Source: Eledone cirrhosa
Lineage: Eukaryota
NCBI GenBank assembly: GCA_964016885.1
Contig: OZ024743.1
Location: 238,390,001-238,454,000 of the forward strand
Direction: 5' to 3'
Length of the DNA stretch: 64,000 nt
In this document: positions 52,631 through 64,000 of the stretch, in pieces
Numbering within the stretch: the stretch's first letter is position 1
Layout of the letters: every line of letters starts with the position of its first letter
Notes under the pieces: model-generated
Told to the model about the DNA's origin: nothing
Databases searched by the model: none
Seen by the model: only the letters and a program-made list of their open reading frames with translations
Program-made: the position numbers and the translations under genes

Positions 52631-52806
52631 TGGCAGTATTGGTAGAGGGTCAGACATGCTTTCCAGCGTAGTTACGTCCCTTTACGATCTGAGTTCAATT
52701 CCCGCCGAGGTTAAGTTTGCCTTTCATCCTTACGGGGTCGATAAAATAAAGTACCAGTAATGTACTGGGTAATTGCTGGCCTTGTGCCAAAAGTAGAAAC
52801 AATTAT
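52631..52806 (+). mobile_element. SINE family 1
   Basis: Head, B-box-like motif and core. Confidence 0.88.
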
Positions 52807-52929
52807 CACAAGGCATCTATATTCAAGGTTCTTGTTAATTTTTAATATGTTACCCCCGCAACTATGTGTGTTTGCACTCTTTACAAATTATCTCCTGTAA
52901 TTGTTTGATGTGTTTATTTTATATATATA

Positions 52930-53825
52930 CTAGCAGAATGGCCCGGCGTTGCTCGGGATTTGCTCTATGGTTCTTATATATTTGATATATATTTATCCTT
53001 ATCGAGCCTCGTGAAATAAATACGTTTGTTTATATTTTGTTATTGTGTATGCAAAAATACCTGTACACGAATATATAATTATATACATATTAAAATAACA
53101 GATTAAAGTTTAAGCAAAGAATCGCTGCTTTCACCCTTAACGGGATCTTCTGAAACTACTATGTATCTATCTAAAAAGAGAAAGACTAAGAGCGAGAGAA
53201 AGAGATCGCTAAATCGCCTAATGCGGTCCCTAATGTGGTCCCTAGGGCATTGAAAATTTGAAATTTTTTTTTATCAAAACACTCACGGGATCATAAGTAT
53301 TACATGTGTCACTCCGACGACGTTTTCGCTGATATTCTGTCTCGGCAGCTCGTGCAGCAGAAGTTGATGCAGCATCAGCCGTTCGGCGATTGGTTCGTTG
53401 TTTGTATGTTTCAAGTGCTCTTCTGGTGGCAGTACGTTTAGCATCCGTCGAATAGCAGATTCCACTGGCGATTCGTTTGCCCGCCCTGTTCGTGTTGTTG
53501 CTGCTTTCGCAGTTTTTCGGCCAATGGAGTATCTCTTCCTTCGAGGCATGACCTAAAAGCAGTACGAAGTACACTGAAACTCACTGGCAGAGTAAGTAGT
53601 AAACTCGTCAGTGAATTAAAAACCGATGCATGTGATTTCCGAACGGGCTATGGATAGGAGAGGGGTAACAGTAACAGTTGGATTGAGTGTAAGTTAGTTA
53701 ATATGGTGTCAGTGACTAAAATGGCGTAAATGAAACGCCACACACAAGTACACACACACACTGAAGCACGCAAACTTACACACACACATATTAATAGATT
53801 TAACTCATAATGGAACCCTGCGCGA

Positions 53826-53859
<34 letters not shown>

Positions 53860-54707
53860 ACATACACGCACACGTGTTAATTACTTATAGCTTTCCTTCC
53901 CCTCTTCCAGCGTCTCTCTCTCTCTCTCTCTACCGCTATCCCCCTCTTTTAGTCTGTCTGTTTCTTTCACTCTCACTCTTTCTCTTTATAACTCACTCAC
54001 ATTAATACTAAAGGGTTAAGGTATTGTTCTCAAAATAAAATAATATTAAATCTATGAAATGTTTATATTATGTGAGATAAAGCCTTTACCATGAAATAAT
54101 ATAGTATATATAGAGTAATGTAAATGCTAAAGGGTTAATTCCATCAGACCAAGTGAGAGAGTTTATAATCACTTACGCACACATACACACTCACGCATGC
54201 AAACGCACACAAACTCACACACACGCGCGTGCACGTACGCACACACGCAATAGTTATTCCACTGTCATGTATCTTTGACGCATACAACTCTCAAAAGACG
54301 GCGTCTATCACCCTCTCTCTCTCTCTCTCTCTCCCGCTATCCACCTCTTTTAGTCTGTCTGTTTCTTTCACTCTCACTCATTCTCTATGTAACTCGTTCA
54401 CATTTCTCCCCTCTATCGAAAAACGCTGTGACGAATGGAGAGAAGGAGGAGGAGGAGTAGAGAGCCACTTCTTCACTTCGCCTCTCCGTTTCTTTCTCTC
54501 TCCTCTCACTCCCTCATTATGTACAGACATTGGCCACTTCACTAATTCGATCCCTAGGTCAGAATATTTTGAAATTTTTTTTTGCTCAAAACACTTCCGG
54601 GGCTATACGGGTTACATGTGTAAAGTTGGAAAAAAAACGGTTGGGTAATTCTCGAGTTTTAGGGAAACAGCCACACAGACAGACATCCTCTGTTTTGTAT
54701 ATATAGA
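52930..54707 (-). mobile_element. Non-autonomous Helitron
   Basis: Minus strand: 5' A|TCtatatatac..tgtctgtctg; 3' hairpin cccgagcaacgccggg then CTAG|T. Remnant MPRRKRYSIGRKT..RANESPVE..R resembles Rep-helicase N-termini. Confidence 0.8.
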
Positions 54708-54840
54708 TGTCATTCGACTTTTAATTTAAAGTTAATAAATTCTCGGATTTACTACTTGGAATCTTTGAGCTTATTCCACAGGTGGTATGGCGCATGATTC
54801 TGATATTCTCAGACATGACATCTTTAATCTAATTTTGGTA

Positions 54841-54878
<38 letters not shown>

Positions 54879-55082
54879 CGTTTCTGAATTTGTTTAGCAA
54901 GATTCTTTATCTGAAATCGTGTGTTGAAGCCGATATTGTTATACTTTGGGAGGGTCATATTGCCAATAAGAAACACACGCACCAGGTGCTTTCACTTCAA
55001 TTTATTATATATTTATAAATTTACAAATTTATAAATTTCTGGTTGGTTGGTTGGTTCCACAACCAGATAGTTGTTTATATAT

Positions 55083-55127
55083 AGTCATAGTTATTTCGTC
55101 ACACACTCTGTGACCTCTTCAGTGACT
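55083..55127 (-). ncRNA. Mirror copy of the 57425 hammerhead ribozyme
   Basis: agtca-CTGAAGA-g gtcaca/tgtgac-GAAA-taac-TA-tgact on the minus strand. Confidence 0.65.
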
Positions 55128-57424
55128 GGGGATTCCTTTCTTTGTTTCTGTGCCTCTCCTTTGTTCTGTCCTACGCCATTTTGTTTCTGTGTGTGTGTTG
55201 TGTGCTCAGTCTGCGCATGCGCCACATCCGGGTGTCTGTGTGTGTTTATGTTCATTTATTTATTTGTTTATTTCCATGTTACTGGTTGGTTGTTTGTTCT
55301 ATGTGTGTGTGTGTTTTCATTTTGTCCTTAATTGTAAGTTGTGATGTTGCTGTTCCACTCATATTTTCTATTTAATTTTGGTTGTAATTCTTTTATGTTT
55401 ATTGCCTCTGTAATTTGTCTAAACATTGCGTCTTTTCTGTGTGTAGATTCTATTTTGATTTCTATGTTCTCTAATTTACTCTTGTGTTCTATTTTAGCAT
55501 ATTGGTAGTGTACAGATGATTCTTTATTATCTTGAAGGTCTCGCCAGTGTTCATTTATCCGTTCCTTTACAGGTTATACATTTCTTATCTATACATGAGG
55601 GTCTTTGAAAAGGGTATGTCTTGCTAATAAGTGTTTTTACGGAGGTACCTGGTCTTTCTACTATCTTAATATTGAGTTTATGTTTATTTAGGGCCCTTCT
55701 AAATTTATAAGCTAATTCACCTCTAGAGGTTGTATCGATGAACATTACACTCTGGTATTTATTGCTATCATACCATGAGTTTATTCTATTAACCTTGTTC
55801 CTAGTTCTTTCTCTTCTATTCCAGAATTTGCTCCTATACAAGGGGCAGGTCCCATTTATGTCATTATTTACCATTTTTTCCCATTTGGTTCTGGCTCCTC
55901 TATACACTCTGATTTTATCTCTCTGGTTGTAGCCAGAGAACTGCATACGGTGGATGAAGTGTTGTATGTGTCTCTCTAGTTCTTCGGGGTGCACATGCGG
56001 GACACATTTATCATCACCCGTACCAAATCCGCAATCAGTATGTTGATTTTGGTATGGTCCGAAATGGCCGATTTTCGGTGGATCAGATGTTTGGAAGTCA
56101 TGGGTTTGGCATGATGGGAATGGAGGATTTGTTTTTTGTTGTTAATGGTATCTAGAGAAAAACACAATGGAAAGAATCCAGCAAATAGCAAACTCCATCC
56201 AACAGAGCATTAGAGTTACTATAGACTACCCAAGTAAACACACCAACCATCGATTACCTGTACTAGACACAGAGCTCTGGTTAGATACCATTAACAACAA
56301 AAAACAAATCCTCCATTTCCATTATGCCAAACCCATGACTTCCAAACATCTGATCCACCGAAACTCGGCCATTTCGGACCATACCAAAATCAACATACTG
56401 ATTGCGGATTTGGTACGGGTGATGAGAAATGTGTCCCGCATGTGCACCCCGAAGAACTAGAGAGACACATACAACACTTCATCCACCGTATGCAGTTCTC
56501 TGGCTACAACCAGAGAGATAAAATCAGAGTGTATAGAGGAGCCAGAACCAAATGGGAAAAAATGGTAAATAATGACATAAATGGGACCTGCCCCTTGTAT
56601 AGGAGCAAATTCTGGAATAGAATAGAAAGAACTAGGAACAAGGCTAATAGAATAAACTCATGGTATGATAGCAATAAATACCAGAGTGTAATGTTCATCG
56701 ATACAACCCCTAGAGGTGAATTAGCTTATAAATTTAGAAGGGCCCTAAATAAACATAAACTCAATATTAAGATAGTAGAAAGACTAGGTACCTCCGTAAA
56801 AACACTTATTAGCAAAACATACCCTTTTCAAAGACCCTCATGTATAGATAAGAAATGTATAACCTGTAAAATAAGCCCCTATATTAACTGTAAAACTAGA
56901 AATGTAGTGCATTGCATAAGATGAACTGAAGGACAATGTAGAGACAAAAATATAGTGTACATAGGTGAAACAGCTCGTAGTGTAGGGTACCGGATAAATG
57001 AACACTGGCGAGACCTTCAAGATAATAAAGAATCATCTGTACTCTACCAACATGCTAAAATAGAACACAAGAGAAAATTAGAGAACATAGAAATAAAAAT
57101 AGAATCTACACACAGAAAAGACGCAATGTTTAGACAAATTATAGAGGCAATAAACATAAAAGAATTACAACCAAAATTAAATAGAAAATATAAGTGGAAC
57201 AGCAACATCACAACTTACAATTAAGGACAAAATGAAAACACACACACACATAGAACAAACAACCAACCAGTAACATGGAAATAAACAAATAAATAAATGA
57301 ACATAAACACACACAGACACCCGGATGTGGGGCATGCGCAGACTGAGCACACAACACACACACAGAAACAAAATGGCGTAGGACAGAACAAAGGAGAGGC
57401 ACAGAAACAAAGAAAGGAATCCCC

Positions 57425-57469
57425 AGTCACTGAAGAGGTCACAGAGTGTGTGACGAAAGAACTATGACT
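57425..57469 (+). ncRNA. Minimal hammerhead ribozyme in the PLE pseudo-LTR
   Basis: agtca-CTGAAGA-g-gtcaca gagtg tgtgac-GAAA-gaac-TA-tgact. Confidence 0.68.
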
Positions 57470-57611
57470 ATATATAAACAACTATCTGGTTGTGGAACCA
57501 GCCAACCAACCAGAAATTTATAAATTTGTAAATTTATAAATATATAATAAATTGAAGTGAAAGCACCTGGTGCGTGTGTTTCTTATTGGCAACATGACTC
57601 TCCCAAAGTAT

Positions 57612-57701
<90 letters not shown>

Positions 57702-57915
57702 TTGTATATATGTATATATTAGAGTATGGCGTTAATAGAACAGGGATGTGCGGATCACATTACGATCTGTCGGTTGTGAAGCAGAAAAAAAGAAGCGCTC
57801 AATCACCTGCATAAATATAATAAATTCTTCGCCTGTTTATAGTCCTAAGTGAAATATGTATAATGGAGTTTTTAAAATAAACCTGAATCAGCTGAATATG
57901 GCTTCCGATCTTTTA

Positions 57916-57964
<49 letters not shown>

Positions 57965-58040
57965 CGAAGGAAATGTGGTAAGGAAGCAGGTGGACCATAA
58001 CGCACCAAAGTACTCAATACTTAGGGTAGTAGAGTGGGTA

Positions 58041-58124
58041 ATAGGAACAAGGAAGACCCCGACGGCTGAGCTCAAGCCGTTTCGACGGCTAATTCTGGAC
58101 TGCCGTCGGGGTCTTACTTGTTCC

Positions 58125-58126
<2 letters not shown>
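58041..58126. repeat. Nested hairpin
   Basis: ataggaacaag.aagaccccgacggc / gccgtcggggtctt.cttgttcctat enclosing agccgt-ttcg-acggct. Confidence 0.85.
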
Positions 58127-58169
<43 letters not shown>

Positions 58170-58226
58170 GGTATATATACGGTATATATACGGTATATAT
58201 ACGGTATACATACGGCATATATACGG

Positions 58227-58258
<32 letters not shown>

Positions 58259-58278
58259 TAAATACGGTATATAATATA

Positions 58279-58587
58279 CCGTTTTTCCCGGTTTCGAAGA
58301 CGCCTCGTTCTCGAGGACGCACCCTAATTTTGACAACCAAAAATTTGAAAAAAGATAATTGTTTCTACTTTAGGCACAAGGCCAGCAATTAACGATTGCA
58401 TTACTGGTACTTTATTTTATCGACACCGTAAGGATGAAAGGCAAAGTCAACCTCGGCGGGATTTGAACTCAGATCGTAAAGGGACGTAACTATGCTGGAA
58501 AGCATGGCGTCTGACCCTCTACCGCATGGTAGATTTTTTAGACATATTTTTGGAAAAAAGTAGCGTCTTCGACGCCAGGAAATATGG
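58279..58587. mobile_element. Tc1/mariner (pogo/Tigger-like) MITE interrupted by a SINE family 1 copy (58357-58524, -)
   Basis: TA|ccgtttttcccggtttcgaagacgc ... gcgtcttcgacgccaggaaatatgg|TA, imperfect TIRs with TA duplication. Confidence 0.7.
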
Positions 58588-58598
58588 TATATATATAC

Positions 58599-58678
<80 letters not shown>

Positions 58679-59028
58679 CTGCTAAGAGTATCTCGACCAA
58701 TAGAGGTTTTTCAATCCATTGTATTACATATGTGACGCACTACAATTTTCGTGTTTAGTATATACACCCCTCTTTTCTCAGGTATTTCCTTTTAGCAATA
58801 GGGATACTCCAGAAGACAAGCCCATGGCACACTGTAACAAATAATGAAGTAGAATGTAAAGAAGACGAAGGAAAGAAAACGAAGAAGAAGGTGAAGAAGA
58901 ATAAGAGTGACATGAATAGTTTATTACTTAGATATATCATTTAGTACAGTTATTGTTTTGTTCCAATTTTGTATTTATTCTTATGTTCTATCAGTCTACA
59001 GCTTCTACTGGTAACGAACACCAGTGAC

Positions 59029-59029
<1 letters not shown>

Positions 59030-59123
<94 letters not shown>

Positions 59124-59520
59124 CTCCCACACACAGAGGAACAGACTCACACACACACACACACACCCTCTCTCTACACTCCCACACACAGAGGCACAGA
59201 CTCACACACACACACACTCTCTCTCCACTCCCACACACAGAGGCACATACTCACACACACACACATAGAGGCACACACACTCTCTCTCCACTTCCACACA
59301 CAGAGGCACATACTCACACACACACATACACACACACACACACATAGAGGCACACACACACACACACACACATAGAGGCACACACACACACACACACACA
59401 CTCTCTCTCTCTCTCCACTGCCACACACAGAGACACAGACTCACACACAAACACACATAGAGGCACAGACACATACACACAGTCTCTCTCTCTCACACAT
59501 ACAGTCACACACACATACAC
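59030..59520. repeat. (CA)/(CT) compound microsatellite and cacacagaggcaca minisatellite
   Basis: Recurring ctctccactcccacacacagaggcaca units. Confidence 0.85.
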
Positions 59521-59540
59521 ACATATATACGTGTGTGTGT

Positions 59541-59845
59541 GGACGCAGCATGGCTGAATGGTTAAGAAGTTCACTTCAGAACCATTAGGTCTTGGGTTCG
59601 ATCTTACTACATAGTATCCTGGGTAAATGTCATTTGACATAGCCTCAGGTCAAACCATATCCATACATAGATAGAAATTGCTTTGAAGCCTGTTGGATGA
59701 GCTGTACCTGTAATTAAAAGTGCCAACCTTGTCACGTACCGTGTCATACTGAATCTCCCTGAGAAATACATTAACGTTACACGTGTATATGTAATGCTCA
59801 GTCAATTAGACCTTAATTTCATGAGCATGTTCTTCCATTGATCGA
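59541..59845 (+). mobile_element. tRNA-derived SINE family 2
   Basis: tggctgaatggttaag A-box, gggttcgatc B-box, body shared with 45833. Confidence 0.75.
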
Positions 59846-59897
59846 ACACCCAGAAACTCATGGTATACACACACACATACACTCTCTCACACACATA

Positions 59898-59928
<31 letters not shown>

Positions 59929-60842
59929 TATTTGTGTACATATATATGTATGTGCATATGTATATATATATACATATATATACATACATTCATACATACA
60001 TACATAAATACACACACACACACACATATATATATATACACACACACACATATACAAACGTGTATATATATATATATCGAATGTAGAAAGGAATATATAT
60101 ATATATATAATACATATATATACATATACATTTATATATACATATGCACATACATATATATGTACACAAATAAATAAATATATATATATATATAGACACA
60201 CACACACACGCGCACACACACGCACACACACGCACACACAAACACACATATATATTTACACACACTAGTGTGTGAGTGAGTGTGAGTGTATATGTGTGTA
60301 TGTGTGAGTATGGATGTATACAAAAGGTGTTATTAATTTATTTGTTTCTAGTTTGCATTTGTTGCCTGAGATTCACTCTGGGGAAACATGGCCGCCACGT
60401 TAGTTTTTGGCGGTTTTTCTACCAGTGAGGAGGAAGTCAGCCAATAGTTACATCGCTGAGAATTTCAACACAAATGATCCTTTGAGGTTGTAAAATTAAG
60501 CTGTGCTAATGAATATTCCAGAAGAACTAATAAATCATTAATGATGTCGATAATAATATAATGAACTGTGTTCATTCCCAATGAGAAATTAAAAAGGTGC
60601 AATAGATTCCCAATAATATTTTCTCTCCTTCTTTCTCACCGCCCATCATACTCTCCTTGTCTTCTTTGTTGTTATATCTTTTTCGTTCTTCGTTTTGTTG
60701 TGTTTTTCTTCTTAAATTTAGCATTGTTAATAATGGTGCTTTTATTCTGGGTCTTCTTAATATTATATATATATATATGGTGTGTGTGTGTGTATAAATT
60801 GATATTATATATATATATATAAATGTATATATATTGTGATAT

Positions 60843-60895
<53 letters not shown>

Positions 60896-60940
60896 ATAAA
60901 TTGATATTATATATATATAAATGTATATATATTTTGATAT

Positions 60941-61029
<89 letters not shown>

Positions 61030-61437
61030 ATACTTTTCGCTCCTTATTCTATTATTCGACTAAGAAAATATGGAGAAGAAAAATTAAAAGATTTCAATTG
61101 AGAAACTATTAGTTCATAGTTTGTGTATTAGATTTCATGGAAACTAGAGACAAGTTGAACAGAAAACAACGAAAAGAACTGTTGTGTATTAAAGAGAAAT
61201 GTATTGTTATCCCTTTCCATTTCCTTCTTCTTCTTCTTCTTCTTCTTCTTCTTCTTCTTCTTCTTCTTCTTCTTCTTCTTCTTCTTCTTCTCCTCCTCCT
61301 CCTCTTCCTCCTCCTCCTCCTTATCATCATCATCTTCATCGTTGTTGTCACCATCATCAACTTCGTCACTGTCATCACCACTAATACCACCTTCATCAGT
61401 AACGCCTTTGTCGTTCTTGTCATCATTATTAATATAG

Positions 61438-61630
61438 GGCGGCGGATTGACAGTATCGGTAGAGCGTCAGACAACATGTTTTGCAGCATAGAGTTACGGC
61501 CCTTTACAATCTGAGTTCAAATCCTGCCGAGGTTAACTTTGCCTTTCATCCTTACGGGGCCTATAAAATAAAGCACCAGTATTGCCCTGGGATAAATGCT
61601 CTGCTTTGTGCCAAATCTAGAAAGAATTAT
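61438..61630 (+). mobile_element. SINE family 1 (complete copy)
   Basis: ggcggcggattgacagtatcggtagag..gagttcaaatcc..tgcctttcatcc. Confidence 0.88.
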
Positions 61631-61979
61631 CTCCACCTTCACCGTCAACAGTCACAATGATAAAGATTCCTTAATTTGACGAATGTCTCTACACTGAAAG
61701 GGGAATGTTAAATATATCCACTAACAGTTATCAAATCATTGTGGGGCCTTGTATGTGGTTGCTAGACTTGCTAAAAACAACCAGATCTCCCTCAAACAAA
61801 ACTCTACCCTCCTAAAAAGAAACGCATTGGATATTATGGACTTGGCTTCAATGCACATAGAAAAACACGGGATGGTCACGACAGGAAAGGGGGTTGATCA
61901 TACGTTTGCTTGATTAGGATCAAACTAGGATTAAGCAACAATAATAAATACAAGAATAATAATAGCTACTATATTAATT

Positions 61980-62720
61980 GATTCTACTTGTATCATGAAG
62001 CCAGTAATTTGAAGGAGACTGGGGACGTTGATTAAATCAAACCAGGGCGTTACTGGTACTTTGTTTTGTCGATCAAGTAAGGTTGAAAGGCAAAGCTAAC
62101 CTCAGCGGGATTTGAACTCAGAATGCAATAGACCGTAACTATATGCCTCAAAGCATACCGACGTTCTACGGAGACTGCCAAACTACTGCCCTAATAGCTA
62201 CAAGAAATGTTTTCTAATTTACAGAGAAAAAGGAACGTCAATTAAATCTATCTCCGTACATAACTGGTACATTATTTATCGACACAATTCATTGCTCTAG
62301 AATATTTATTGTCTGTATGGATCCATAACTCATTGGGGTCGTTGCGGCATCGTATTGTCATACGGCGTGTCTTGGGCATATAAAATTTGGCGGAGCCTAT
62401 TCTCTCCGGGTTTGAACGCAACCGATTACTTCCAGAGAAGGGGAGAGGGTATGAGAGAAAGGAAGTGAGATAGAGATACTGAGAACGAATCGAACCCTCG
62501 AAAGGATGAAAAACAAGTTGTCTTTACTGGGTTTCGAACTCAGAGAGCAGAGAGCCGGAACGAATAACACAATACATTTTATCCGACTCTGCTAAATCGC
62601 CTATAATATTCATTAGCTTGGATTAAATTTACAACCTTACAGAATCATTTGTATTCAATTTCCCAATGATATCATCGGTGGGATTTGAATTCAGGGTGCA
62701 GCGAGCCGGAACAAATACAT
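61980..62720 (-). mobile_element. Several decayed SINE family 1-related copies
   Basis: gaaaggcaaag..gggatttgaactcag motifs near 62090, 62500 and 62680. Confidence 0.6.
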
Positions 62721-63855
62721 AAAGGTCATTAATCAGACATCACGCCATTTTACTATAACTATTCTATTTTTTTCCACGCAATGTATCTATGATTACATCT
62801 TTTATATAGACATGACAAAGTTTATTAAACCAAAGAGAAAATATGATAAAAACTGTATAATATAAATAGTCACAAGGAAACGAAAAAGAAAAAGAATAAG
62901 AAATTAAACAATGAAAGAAAGGGTAAAAAAGATGGAGTCACAGACTCCACACCCCAGTCTGAGTGGTATGTTTTAGCTGCGCCCCCCGGACAAAATTGTA
63001 AAGGCATTGCCGTGATGAATGGCCAAAGTATACACAATGCAACAGCCACCTCTCTCCACGGGAATCTTTCCGATTTATGGAGGAAAACAGCAGTTCGGGG
63101 ACAGAGGACACCTGAGTCCTCGGTGGAGACCGGCGTGAAAAGGAATGTGTCTGCCATTCCTTTCATTATTTAAGGATTCTTCCTCCGCTCGTTAAAGCAG
63201 TATGTTGTTTTTGTTAAGTTCTGTCTATCTATCCAGTTCTGTTAAAACGGGCCTATGAAAAAAAAAACAAAAAAACAAAACGGTCCAGTCGTGATCGCCC
63301 CCATACATTATACAGATATAGTGTATCTAAAATTAAACTTATTCAATGTGTGCTTTTGCATTTTTATGGTAACGGTAAAATTTAGTCACTATTTTAAGCA
63401 TGGTGAGCGACCTTGTAAATGCTCCGTGGTTTGCTTGTATGCTGTATGTTAGAAAGTAGGCAGTGGTGTATAGCGTAGGACGCCAAAGCTGGTAAGTGAA
63501 ACCACATCTTACGCGGTTTTAAAATGTGCAGTTTTGAACATCCAACTGCCATGGTTTGATCCTTTCCGAATCCTCTTTGGGGGTCTCGGGATACGCAATC
63601 TTTGTGCGTCCATCCTACGCCTCCCAGGACAGGTCGCAGTCCCATTACCAGTTTTTGCGGCATGAAATGGAAACTGTAATATATTTGAACAGAGCCCTGT
63701 ACCAAAGGCCTGAACGTGCCCCTTGTTAACTCGTGCGAAGGACGATGCAGTCTGGTTCTTTGTCGTTTCTCTCACCATATTGCAGTTTCGGTGGTCTTAT
63801 TCCTGCCAGTCACCAATCTGGTACTTTCTCAAATCTGCGAAAACGGGGCTTTATG

Positions 63856-63922
<67 letters not shown>

Positions 63923-64000
63923 TGAGTGTGTTCTGTTATTAATTCTGGCAATATTACACAAATATGACCCTCCCCAAGTATAACAATATATACATATATA

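Larger units (their letters stand above)
54933..57619. mobile_element. 5'-truncated Penelope-like element with a long inverted duplication (54933-56154 on -, 56155-57619 on +)
   Basis: LPVLD, YAKPM, SGY, C-x4-C-x2-C linker, NVVHCI..YIGETAR..RINEH..QH..EH, EAINI..LN (GIY-YIG). The left arm has an internal deletion; flanked by (TA)n. Confidence 0.92.

Noticed and set aside
59541-59612. tRNA-like A/B boxes
   Set aside because: No full cloverleaf; these are SINE heads.
62900-63850. Relatively GC-rich unique-looking sequence with short ORFs
   Set aside because: No recognisable motif, splice pattern or complete RNA structure.

Overview
AT-rich, microsatellite-dense animal DNA with no recognisable host gene. 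The SINE and microsatellite landscape suggests an octopus or other cephalopod (inference). Almost all of it is transposon-derived. (1) At 5.1-29 kb, 11 non-LTR retrotransposon copies sit in (AAT)n tracts: two R4/Dong-type RLE families, all on +, and two Tx1-type APE subfamilies, all on -. These include a full-length Dong copy and a full-length Tx1 with intact ORF1 and ORF2. (2) There are three Penelope-like elements (PLEs): one whose RT is reachable only through a TTTTTTA -1 frameshift, one Hydra-clade-like, and one with a 1.2-kb inverted duplication. (3) Many non-coding fold-back pseudo-LTR elements lie in (TA)n and carry type I hammerhead ribozymes, including a family with a compensated U3:A8 core (TTGATAA). 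(4) The rest includes two Helitron remnants, RTE fragments, tRNA-derived SINEs and MITEs. All alignments and folds were done by eye, and most short ORFs in the track are microsatellite artefacts.
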